DNA from: Rhodothermales bacterium
GTDB lineage: Bacteria; Bacteroidota; Rhodothermia; Rhodothermales; VXPQ01
Length of the DNA stretch: 64,000 bases
Direction of reading: 5' to 3'
Assembly: GCA_022825385.1 (NCBI GenBank)
Contig: JAJDWX010000037.1
Location: 3,748 to 67,747, forward strand
Part shown: positions 54,225 to 62,868 of the stretch, in pieces
Numbering within the stretch: the stretch's first letter is position 1
How the letters are laid out: every line of letters begins with the position of its first letter
Made by a program: the position numbers and the translations under genes
Notes under the pieces: generated by a model
Seen by the model: only the letters and a program-made list of their open reading frames with translations
The model's database searches: none
Told to the model about the DNA's origin: nothing

Positions 54225-56921
54225 ATGCGCAGAACAACATGTATACTGGCGTTGGCATGGATCGTTTTGTTTACGGGGTGCGCCCGCCCGGGCCATCGCG
54301 CGGATCCGTCCGCCCGTCCCTCCGCTGACCGGTTTACGAAAGTGATTCTGGACCAGGGACTCTTCGAGCCGATGGAACTGGATATGTTCGACGACGGCCG
54401 CATACTTTTCGTCGAGCGGCGAGGCGCCGTAAAAGTGTACGATCCGCAGACGGCCCGCACCGAAACCCTCGCCGAAATAGACGTATTCACAGGGTTCGAA
54501 GAAGGACTGATCGGGGTGGCTCTCGATCCCGACCATGCAACGAACCGGTGGGTTTATTTTACGTATTCCGCTCCGGATACCGCCGTGATACGGCTGGCTC
54601 GCTTCGCGCTCGACGATTCCGGGCTGGACCGGGCGTCCGAGCGCGTCCTACTGGAGATTCCCGTGCAGCGCGAGGAATGTTGCCACGTAGGCGGCTCGCT
54701 TGAATTCGGCCCCGAAGGCCATCTGTTCCTGTCTGTCGGGGACAATACGAATCCGTTCGCTTCAGACGGTTTTGCGCCCATCGACGAACGGGCGGGGCGC
54801 AAGGCGTGGGATGCGCAGGGGTCTTCCGCCAACACCATGGACTTGCGCGGGAAGATATTGCGGATTCTGCCGAACGACGACGGAACGTACGACATCCCGG
54901 AAGGCAATCTCTTCGCAGACCGCGCCATCCAGGGGCGTCCCGAAATTTACGTGATGGGGAATCGAAATCCGTTCCGCATTTCCATCGACCACAGGACAGG
55001 GTATTTGTACTGGGGAGAGGTTGGCCCCGACGCGGGCGAGCCGTCCGCCGAGCGAGGTCCCATGGGGCACGACGAAGTGAATCAGGCGCGCGCGGCGGGC
55101 AATTTCGGCTGGCCGCACTTCGTGGGGGACAACAAGCCCTATCGCGATTACGACTTCGAGGCGGAAGCGGCGGGCTTGCCCTTCGACCCCGCCGCGCCCG
55201 TAAACGATTCTCCCAACAACGCGGGGCTGGCGGCGCTTCCGCCCGCGCAACCGGCTTTCATCTGGTATCCGTACGGTCCGTCCGAAGAATTTCCGCTTAC
55301 CGGCGAAGGGGGACGCAACGCCATGGCGGGACCCGTCTATTACTACGACGATTACCCCGAATCCGACCGGAAATTCCCGTGCTATTACGACGGGAAACTG
55401 TTCATCTACGACTGGATGCGGGACTGGATCCTGGCGGTTACGATGGACGAAGCGGGGAATTACGTAGCCATGGAGGAGTTCATGCCGACGACCGGCTTCG
55501 CCAATCCGATAGACATGCTCTTTGGTCCCGACGGGGCGCTCTACATGCTGGAGTATGGCGAAACCTGGTATGGGCATAATACGGACGCCCGCCTGTTTCG
55601 CATCGATTACGCGGTCCATAATCGTCCGCCCAGGGCGCGCATTTCGGCGGACCGCCCTGTGGGCGCCGCTCCGCTTACCGTCACGCTGTCCGCCGACGAT
55701 TCGTTCGACCCGGACGGGGACGACGTTGCGTACGCCTGGCGTCGCGAAGGAGACGCGGAGGATATCCTGGGCGAGGAGGCGGTCTATTCGTTCGCGGAGC
55801 CGGGGACCTATGCAGTGACGCTTTCCGTAACCGATAGCGAGGGATTAACGAGCGCGGAGACCCTCGATATTCTCGTGGGCAATACCATACCGGAAGTGCG
55901 TATTGCATTTCCCGGCAATCAGACGTTCTTCTGGGACGACCGGGCTATCGAATACGCCGTGGTCGTAACGGACCCGGAAGATGGGGAAATCGCTGCCGGG
56001 GAGGTGGCGTTTACCATTGATTATCTTGCGCGCGGCGCGGATTTGACCGTGCAGGCCCAGGGACATCAGGCGGCGCTGGAGCGCGCGGAGGCGCTGATCG
56101 GGCAAACGCTGCTCGAACAGTATAATTGCGGCGCGTGCCATCTTCAGGAAGCGGCGTCCATCGGGCCGGCTTTTGCGGCGGTGGCCCAAAGGTATCCGCG
56201 CGACGAGGCTACGCGGGCGTACCTTGCGGAAAAAATCGTCGAGGGCGGCATGGGCGTCTGGGGAGAGCGGGCGATGGCGCCGCATCCGCACGTTTCCGCC
56301 GAGGAAGCGAACCGGATGGCGGATTTCATCCTGGGGCTGGACGATGGCGCCGCGCAGGAGGCGGGCCTGCCGCTGCGGGGCGCGTACGTTACGGACCGGC
56401 ACCAGGCGGACGAGGACGAAGGGCGCTACTTTATGATGGCGTCGTACACGGATCGGGGGGCGGAGAACGCGCCGCGCCTTACCGGGCGAAGCATGGCCTC
56501 GCTGCGGCATCCGAGGTTGCAGGCGGAGCGTTTCGACGAAGCCGAAGAAGCGCAGGCGTTTCCTGCGCCGGAACCGTTGTACGAAGAGGGCGCGGCGGAC
56601 GAAGTCGTGTTTGGCCGCGACGGGGGGTATCTTGTTTTTCGGGATATAGACCTTGCCGGCGTGCGTTCGCTCGCCGCCCGAATCGGAACCGTGGCGGGGA
56701 CGACGACCGGCGGGCGGCTGGAGGTTCGCGCAGGCTCGCCGGACGGGGAAGCGCTGGCTTCGTTCGACGCCCCGATTGCGAGCGAGAACAGTTTAGCGAC
56801 CTACGAAGCCGCGCTGGACGGGGCGGGCGGCAGGACGGACCTGTATTTCGTGTTCGCGGCGGACGAGCCGGGCCCTGCGTCGCCCGTGCTGTTCGTGGAC
56901 TGGATTATGGCGCAACCGTAG
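54225..56921 (+). CDS. PQQ-dependent sugar dehydrogenase with PKD, cytochrome c and carbohydrate-binding-like domains
   Basis: Start at MRRTTCILALAWIVLFTGC (lipoprotein). Beta-propeller motifs (GLIGVALDP, HVGGSLEFGP), a PKD-like segment, and haem motif CGACH. Confidence 0.8.
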   Translation: MRRTTCILALAWIVLFTGCARPGHRADPSARPSADRFTKVILDQGLFEPMELDMFDDGRILFVERRGAVKVYDPQTARTETLAEIDVFTGFEEGLIGVALDPDHATNRWVYFTYSAPDTAVIRLARFALDDSGLDRASERVLLEIPVQREECCHVGGSLEFGPEGHLFLSVGDNTNPFASDGFAPIDERAGRKAWDAQGSSANTMDLRGKILRILPNDDGTYDIPEGNLFADRAIQGRPEIYVMGNRNPFRISIDHRTGYLYWGEVGPDAGEPSAERGPMGHDEVNQARAAGNFGWPHFVGDNKPYRDYDFEAEAAGLPFDPAAPVNDSPNNAGLAALPPAQPAFIWYPYGPSEEFPLTGEGGRNAMAGPVYYYDDYPESDRKFPCYYDGKLFIYDWMRDWILAVTMDEAGNYVAMEEFMPTTGFANPIDMLFGPDGALYMLEYGETWYGHNTDARLFRIDYAVHNRPPRARISADRPVGAAPLTVTLSADDSFDPDGDDVAYAWRREGDAEDILGEEAVYSFAEPGTYAVTLSVTDSEGLTSAETLDILVGNTIPEVRIAFPGNQTFFWDDRAIEYAVVVTDPEDGEIAAGEVAFTIDYLARGADLTVQAQGHQAALERAEALIGQTLLEQYNCGACHLQEAASIGPAFAAVAQRYPRDEATRAYLAEKIVEGGMGVWGERAMAPHPHVSAEEANRMADFILGLDDGAAQEAGLPLRGAYVTDRHQADEDEGRYFMMASYTDRGAENAPRLTGRSMASLRHPRLQAERFDEAEEAQAFPAPEPLYEEGAADEVVFGRDGGYLVFRDIDLAGVRSLAARIGTVAGTTTGGRLEVRAGSPDGEALASFDAPIASENSLATYEAALDGAGGRTDLYFVFAADEPGPASPVLFVDWIMAQP

Positions 56922-56933
56922 GGCGTTTCGGCT

Positions 56934-57890
56934 TCAGAACGAAATGCGGGCGCCGAGGGCCAGGCGGCCATTCGGATGAACCCCGATAACCGGCGCGACG
57001 GACATTCCGCGTTCCTGGCCGGGGATGTCGAGGCGTTCCCATCTTTCGGTCTTTTTGACTGTGCCGAATATCAAGCCCAGCGCGGTGCCGACGGTAGTTG
57101 TACCTATTGTAAATAGAATGGCTCCGTAGCCGTCGTACCCATCGCAGCCCTTACCGCATTCTGCTGCTACTACGAGAATGCTCACAAGCGCGCCAACGCC
57201 TAAACCTGTCAGGGCGCCCTGCACAGGATATCGCCGGATGCCCTGTCTCTTTTCCAAAGAAAGCATATCGACATACGCTATGCTTCGTTCTGTCGAATCT
57301 GTAAGGATGGTCAGGGAGCGGGCGTCGTATGCTTGCAATCGTCCGGTTATTGTTTCTCCGTTTTCGCTGGTTACTCGCATGAGGTCCCCGGCTGACTTTG
57401 CATGGACGCCAATGCGGGGTAACGCGGACGCGCTGTCCTGAGCGGGAATATCCAGGCGCTCCCATTGTTCTGCCTTGAACGGGGCGCTGACGATGAAGCC
57501 AATCATACTGCCTGCCAGGCTTGATACGGGAAGAAAAGCGAAGGATTCACCAACCTTTAAGCCGCCAGTGATTAGCGGCAGCAGGCCGATCGTTGCACCA
57601 GCGACCAAGCCCCTCCGGGCGCCTTTTCTGGCATACGAGCGCCTGCCCAAACTCCGTCGCAACTTCGCCATGTCGTCGTAGGCGACGCGTTGCTCTTCGG
57701 AGTCCGCAAGGAGCGTCAGGGATGTGTCGTCGTATCCCTGCAATTCCCCCGTGATTTTTTCGCCGCTTTCGGTGGTTACCCGAATGCGGTCCCCGATAAA
57801 CTGGGCCTCGGCAGGATGCGCCAGGCAGAGGAGCAGGCCGAGCGTCAGGAGTATTCCTGTATTAAGCGGGGGGGGGGCATGTTTTCCCAT
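56934..57890 (-). CDS. secreted two-module protein, unrecognised family, copy A1
   Basis: Start at MGKHAPPPLNTG with signal LCLAHPAEAQ. Contains two internal repeats, each a small beta-rich segment plus a Gly-rich hydrophobic segment plus E(Q/R)WERLDIP. Confidence 0.6.
   Translation of the reverse strand: MGKHAPPPLNTGILLTLGLLLCLAHPAEAQFIGDRIRVTTESGEKITGELQGYDDTSLTLLADSEEQRVAYDDMAKLRRSLGRRSYARKGARRGLVAGATIGLLPLITGGLKVGESFAFLPVSSLAGSMIGFIVSAPFKAEQWERLDIPAQDSASALPRIGVHAKSAGDLMRVTSENGETITGRLQAYDARSLTILTDSTERSIAYVDMLSLEKRQGIRRYPVQGALTGLGVGALVSILVVAAECGKGCDGYDGYGAILFTIGTTTVGTALGLIFGTVKKTERWERLDIPGQERGMSVAPVIGVHPNGRLALGARISF
57868..57877. repeat. homopolymer G10 (C10 on the coding strand) at codons 5-8 of A1
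   Basis: Counted directly: ATTAAGC-GGGGGGGGGG-CAT. The paralogous site in copy 2 has G5 (60367-60371). Confidence 0.95.
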
Positions 57891-58078
57891 TGTGGCGACG
57901 GCGCTGGGGGGACATGGGGGTCGGATATTTCGTGTGACGCAGCGTTGCGTCGGTGCGGGGGCTTGCATGGACAGGGTACGTTATGGCGCCGGGAGTGTCA
58001 AGAATTTTCCGAAAAATAGCGGAGAGACCAGGGAATACGCTGGATATTTCGTGTCAAAATAAATATTTAATGTTGAAA

Positions 58079-58107
58079 TTGACATGATCTATCGTATTTG
58101 TTATATT
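58079..58107 (+). promoter_or_regulatory. sigma70-type promoter TTGACA-17-TATATT for the AAA ATPase gene (probably leaderless)
   Basis: The -10 ends 7 nt before the ATG at 58115. Confidence 0.55.
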
Positions 58108-58114
58108 ACCGGGC

Positions 58115-59317
58115 ATGATCGAAAGACATCTTACTCCCGCGCTCAGACAGGCTGCCGAAACCTGGCCCGTCGTAACCGTTACCGGCCCCCGGCAGTCGGG
58201 AAAGACAACCCTTGTCCGGGCTGTTTTTCCAGAGCATCATTATGTTTCGCTGGAAGCGCCCGACCTGCGCGAACGGGCGCTGTCGGACCCGCGCGGCTTG
58301 CTGGCGCAGGCGGACCGCATGATCCTCGACGAAATCCAGCGCGCGCCCGACCTGCTGTCCTATATTCAGACGCTCGTCGACGAGGATGATCGCCCGGGGC
58401 GTTTTATTGTCACCGGATCGCAGAATATTCTGCTCATGGAGTCTGTGTCGCAAACGCTGGCGGGCCGGACGGCCTTGCTGCGTTTGTATCCCTTCTCTCT
58501 CGCCGAATTGCGGGGGCAGCCGCCGCTGGATCCCTTTACGCTGGATCGGCCTGCGCCGCCGGGCGGAGCCGCCGGATCGCCCCCGCCCGACACCCTTTGG
58601 GAAACGCTTGTCGCCGGTTTTTATCCGCCCGTCCACGACCGGGGCATTCCTCCCGCCGATTGGTTCGCGGATTATTTCCGTACCTATGTCGAACGCGACC
58701 TGCGCGAGGTAATGCGCGTTGCGGACCTGCGCGCTTTCGAGACCTTCGTGCGGCTTGCGGCGGCGCGGACGGCCTCCGAACTGAATCTGAACAGCCTTGC
58801 TGGCGATGCGGGCGTTGCCCAACCTACCGCCCGCCGCTGGCTTACGGCCCTGGAGACAGGGTATCTGGCCGCCACGCTTCCGCCGCACCATAGCAATTAC
58901 CGCAAGCGCTTGCGCAAGCGGCCCCGGCTGCATTTTCTGGACACAGGTCTTACGTGTTCCCTGCTTGGCATTCGGGACGGGGCCATGCTGGAGCAGCATC
59001 CGTTGCGCGGGGCTATCTTGGAATCGTTCGTGGCGGCGGAACTGATCAAGGCGTTCGCCGCCATGCGCCGGGACGCTCCGCTTTTCTTTTGGCGCGACGC
59101 TGCGGGCCGCGAAATCGATATGCTGATCGACGCCGGGGACCGCCTGATTCCCATAGAGATCAAGTCCGGGCAAACGGTGGCCTCTGACGCGCTGCGTACG
59201 CTCGCCTGGTGGACCTCCATTCCTTCCAATCCGAACCGGGGCGGCGTACTGGTGCACGGCGGCAACGAACGCTTCGCGCTCGGAGAATATCAGGTGCTTC
59301 CGTGGTTCTTGCGGTGA
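58115..59317 (+). CDS. AAA ATPase with DUF4143 domain (AAA_14 family)
   Basis: Walker A GPRQSGKTT, Walker B MILDEIQ, and a C-terminal DUF4143-like region (FLDTGL ... EIDMLI). Confidence 0.85.
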   Translation: MIERHLTPALRQAAETWPVVTVTGPRQSGKTTLVRAVFPEHHYVSLEAPDLRERALSDPRGLLAQADRMILDEIQRAPDLLSYIQTLVDEDDRPGRFIVTGSQNILLMESVSQTLAGRTALLRLYPFSLAELRGQPPLDPFTLDRPAPPGGAAGSPPPDTLWETLVAGFYPPVHDRGIPPADWFADYFRTYVERDLREVMRVADLRAFETFVRLAAARTASELNLNSLAGDAGVAQPTARRWLTALETGYLAATLPPHHSNYRKRLRKRPRLHFLDTGLTCSLLGIRDGAMLEQHPLRGAILESFVAAELIKAFAAMRRDAPLFFWRDAAGREIDMLIDAGDRLIPIEIKSGQTVASDALRTLAWWTSIPSNPNRGGVLVHGGNERFALGEYQVLPWFLR

Positions 59318-59391
59318 GGGGATTTTGAAAATATCGACTATATGGCGAATCCTTCTTACTTACGGGCAACCTAAATTATTTAGGCTGAAAA

Positions 59392-59429
59392 ATGCTGACT
59401 TAAAAAATTAAGGTTAGCGTCTTTTTTTG
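59392..59429 (+). terminator. putative intrinsic terminator after the ATPase gene
   Basis: GCTGAC ... GTTAGC stem followed by GTCTTTTTTT. It is duplicated at about 60783-60820. Confidence 0.4.
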
Positions 59430-59431
59430 AT

Positions 59432-60409
59432 TTAGCGGCGATCCAATGACAACGAAATGCGGGCGCCGAGGGCCAGATGCCCATTCGGATGGGTCCCGAT
59501 AACCGGCGCGACGGACATTCCGCGTTCCTGGCCGGGGATGTCGAGGCGTTCCCATTTTTCTTTCCGTATCAATGTGCCGACAAACAAGCCCAGCGCGGTT
59601 CCGCCGGCAGTTGAACCTAATGCAAATATTGCGGTCCCAATAGCGGCCCCTCCTTCGCAGGTATTATCGCAGAATGATGCTACTCCGACCATGGCCACAA
59701 GTACGCCAATGCCCAAACCTGCGAGGGCGCCCTGCACAGGAAATCGTCGGACTCCCTGTCTCCGCTCCAGGGAAAGCATATCGGCATACGCTATGCTTCG
59801 TTCTGTAGAATTTGCAAGAACGGTCAGGGAGCGGGCGTCGTATGTTCGCAAGCGCCCGGTTATTGTTCGTCCGCTTTTGTTGGTTATCCGCATGAGATCC
59901 CCGGCGAATTTTGCATGGATTCCAATGAGGGATAATACGGACGACCTGCCATGACCGGAAATGTCCAGGCGCTCCCATTGTTCTGCTTTGAATGGGGCGC
60001 TGACGGTGAAGCCGATCATGCTGCCTGTCAAACCGAATACGGGAATAGCAAAGCCCGGAGCGCTGTCAGTGATTACCCAAGTCAGTCCGAGCATCGTGCC
60101 CGCCGCCAAGCCTGCCCAGGCGCCTTTTCTGGCATAGGAGCGCCTGCCCAAACTCCGTCGCAATTTCGCCATATCGTCGTAGGCGACGCGTTGCTCTGCG
60201 GAGTCCGCAAGGAGCGTTATAGACGAGTCGTCGTACCCCTGCAATTCCCCAATGATTTTTTCGCCGTTTTCGGTGGTTATCCGAATGCGGTCCCCGATGA
60301 ACTGGGCCTCGGCGGGATGCGCCAGACAAAGGAGCAAGCCGAGGGTCAGGAGTATTCCTGTATTAAGGGGGCATATTTTCCCATTGGGGCGACGGCGCTG
60401 GAGGGACAT
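59432..60409 (-). CDS. secreted two-module protein, copy A2 (paralogue of A1)
   Basis: By eye about 80% identical to A1. It uses the upstream ATG because the C tract is shorter. Confidence 0.6.
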   Translation of the reverse strand: MSLQRRRPNGKICPLNTGILLTLGLLLCLAHPAEAQFIGDRIRITTENGEKIIGELQGYDDSSITLLADSAEQRVAYDDMAKLRRSLGRRSYARKGAWAGLAAGTMLGLTWVITDSAPGFAIPVFGLTGSMIGFTVSAPFKAEQWERLDISGHGRSSVLSLIGIHAKFAGDLMRITNKSGRTITGRLRTYDARSLTVLANSTERSIAYADMLSLERRQGVRRFPVQGALAGLGIGVLVAMVGVASFCDNTCEGGAAIGTAIFALGSTAGGTALGLFVGTLIRKEKWERLDIPGQERGMSVAPVIGTHPNGHLALGARISLSLDRR

Positions 60410-60579
60410 GGGGGCCGGATATTTCGTGTGACGCAGCGTTGCGTCGGTGCGGGGGCTTGCATGGACAGGGTACGTTATGGCGCCGGGAGTGTCAAGAATT
60501 TTCCGGAAAATTGTGGAGAGACCAGGGAATACGATGGATATTTCGTGTCAAAATAAATATTTAATGTTGAAATTGACAT

Positions 60580-60711
60580 GACGCACTGCGCACGCTCGCC
60601 TGGTGGACCTCCATTCCTTCCAATCCGAACCAGGGCGGCGTCCTGGTGTACGGCGGCAACGAACGCTTCGCGCTCGGAGAATATCAGGTGCTTCCGTGGT
60701 TCCTGGGGTGA
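60580..60711 (+). pseudogene. 3' remnant of a second AAA/DUF4143 ATPase gene
   Basis: Nearly identical to 59187-59317, encoding ...LRTLAWWTSIPSNPN(Q/R)GGVLV(Y/H)GGNERFALGEYQVLPWF. The promoter -10 and the first ~1.1 kb are missing. Confidence 0.85.
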
Positions 60712-60837
60712 GGGGATTTGGAAATATCGATTATATGGCGAAATTTCTTCTTTACGGGCAACCTAAATTATTTAGGCTGAAAAATGCTGACTTAAAAAAT
60801 TAAGGTTAGCGTCTTTTTTGGCTGTGCGGGGGCCATT

Positions 60838-62691
60838 TTAATACCCCACCGCCGCATCCTGTCCTCGGGGGTCGGCGCCGCCCTGGTATAATAGCGCGCC
60901 TTCCGCGTCCCGTCGCGCGACAATGCCGTCCGCGCGGCCCCAGGCGCCGTTTTCGCTGAGCGTCCATCCTCGTTGCGCCAGCCCGCGCCGCGCCGCTGGG
61001 GAAAGCGCCTGCGGTTCGTGGTACAACACATCCGGCAGCCACTGATGGTGAATCCGCGGGGCCGAGACGGCTTCCTGGATGTTCATGCCGTGGTCGATCA
61101 CGTTCAGGATGACCTCGAATACCGTCGTAATAATGCGTCCTCCGCCCGGCGATCCAATGACCATGAACAAGGCGCCGGAGGGGTCTTCGACGATGGTGGG
61201 CGTCATGGACGACAGCATGCGCTTGCCCGGCTCGATGGCGTTCGCCTCCGAACCGAGCAAGCCGAACATGTTGGGCGCGCCCGGCTTGGCCGAGAAATCG
61301 TCCATTTCGTTGTTCATGAAGAAACCGGCCCCGTCCACCACCACTTTCGAGCCGTAACTTCCGTTGATCGTGGTGGTTACGCTAACCGCTCGCCCGTCCG
61401 CGTCCACCACGGAGTAATGCGTGGTTTCGGGGGATTCGAAGGCCAGCGGGTCGCCATGCGCGACGGCTGCGCTGGAATCTGCCCGGTCCGCGCGGAAGTC
61501 CGCCATGCGCCGTCGCATATATTCTTTCCCCGTGAGCGCGGCCACCGGCACGTCGAAATAATCGGGATCGCCCAGCCATTGCGCCCGATCAGCGTAGACG
61601 CGGCGCATGGCCTCGCCCATCAGGTGGGCCGTGGCCGCCGTATGATGGCCCATTTCGCGCAGGTCGCGCGGGGCTACGGCGTTGAGCAGTTGCGCAAGGG
61701 CCACGCCGCCAGAAGACGGGGGCGCCATGGCGAAGAACCGATAGCCCCTGTACGTCCCCGAAACCGGCGGGCGCTCCACGGCTTCGTAGGCGGCCAGGTC
61801 CTCCATGGTGATCCATCCGCCGCCTTGCGCCATTTCTTTGGCGATCAATCTGGCGGTTTCGCCCTCGTAGAAACCGGCCCGCCCCTGGTCCCGAATGCGG
61901 CGAAGCGCCTCGGCAAGGTCCCGTTGCACAAAGCGCTCTCCGCCTGCATAGCGCGCATGGGGGCCCGATTTCGTGAAATATTTTGCGGTGCTTTCGAACT
62001 GCGCAAAGGCGTCGCGCTGTGCGTTCAGGCTCGCTGCGTCGCGCGCGCTCAACAGGAATCCTTCTTCCGCAAGGCGGATGGCGGGCGCCATCACGTCGGC
62101 AAGGGGCAGGCGGCCATATTTTTCGTGCGCCAGGACGAGCCCCGCCGGGGAACCGGGTACGCCCGAGGCGAGATACCCCAGCCGGCTCAACGCGGGGATG
62201 GCTTCTCCTGCGTCGTCCAGATACATATCCCGGTGGGCGGCGGTGGGCGCTTTTTCGCGGTAGTCGATGGTGGTTACGGGCGGAAGGGAAGGTTGGTCCG
62301 CCGCGCTCCCGGCGGTTTCCGCATGGCTTGCCGCCGCGCTTTCTCCGTCCGCGAACCGGATCACCATGAAGCCTCCGCCGCCCAGGTTTCCCGCCGGAGG
62401 ATATGTAACCGCCAGCGCAAATCCCGTAGCCACCGCAGCGTCTATCGCATTGCCGCCTTGTTTCAGGACGGCTATGCCCGCTTCGGACGCCTCGATCTTG
62501 GCGGAAACGACCATGCCATTTCGCGCTTCGACCGGCGTGGCCGTCGGTTTTTCGGCGACGGGGGTGGGTGCGGGCGGGCGGGCGCATCCGGCGGCCCACA
62601 GGAGGGTCGCTACCAGCGCGGCGGCGAAGACGTTTCTTGCCGTCTTGCGATGCGGGCGGCGAAGCGGGGCCGCAAGTCGATTGCTGTTCAT
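60838..62691 (-). CDS. ggt: gamma-glutamyltransferase
   Basis: Lipoprotein signal, catalytic-Thr region PETTHYSVVD, and GSPGGGRII. Confidence 0.95.
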   Translation of the reverse strand: MNSNRLAAPLRRPHRKTARNVFAAALVATLLWAAGCARPPAPTPVAEKPTATPVEARNGMVVSAKIEASEAGIAVLKQGGNAIDAAVATGFALAVTYPPAGNLGGGGFMVIRFADGESAAASHAETAGSAADQPSLPPVTTIDYREKAPTAAHRDMYLDDAGEAIPALSRLGYLASGVPGSPAGLVLAHEKYGRLPLADVMAPAIRLAEEGFLLSARDAASLNAQRDAFAQFESTAKYFTKSGPHARYAGGERFVQRDLAEALRRIRDQGRAGFYEGETARLIAKEMAQGGGWITMEDLAAYEAVERPPVSGTYRGYRFFAMAPPSSGGVALAQLLNAVAPRDLREMGHHTAATAHLMGEAMRRVYADRAQWLGDPDYFDVPVAALTGKEYMRRRMADFRADRADSSAAVAHGDPLAFESPETTHYSVVDADGRAVSVTTTINGSYGSKVVVDGAGFFMNNEMDDFSAKPGAPNMFGLLGSEANAIEPGKRMLSSMTPTIVEDPSGALFMVIGSPGGGRIITTVFEVILNVIDHGMNIQEAVSAPRIHHQWLPDVLYHEPQALSPAARRGLAQRGWTLSENGAWGRADGIVARRDAEGALLYQGGADPRGQDAAVGY

Positions 62692-62821
62692 GGCGTTTCG
62701 ATATGGATGACGGGTCGCTCCAAATATAGGGACGGGAGTTGGAACGATGGGAGCCGGGCGGGAGGTTTGCGGGGGATATGGTTGTCAAAAAAGATAGAAA
62801 TAAATTCATAAAATCCATTAT

Positions 62822-62850
62822 TTGACATTTTTAGATTTATTTTGTATCAT
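62822..62850 (+). promoter_or_regulatory. near-consensus sigma70 promoter TTGACA-17-TATCAT
   Basis: Followed by AGGAGG (62853-62858) and a GTG at 62869. Confidence 0.55.
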
Positions 62851-62868
62851 GCAGGAGGCTTGGGCGTT

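Noticed and set aside
60578-60766. A 62-aa ORF starting at the ATG created by the deletion junction.
   Set aside because: It reads the ATPase remnant out of frame. The -10 box of the promoter is deleted, so it is an artefact of the rearrangement.
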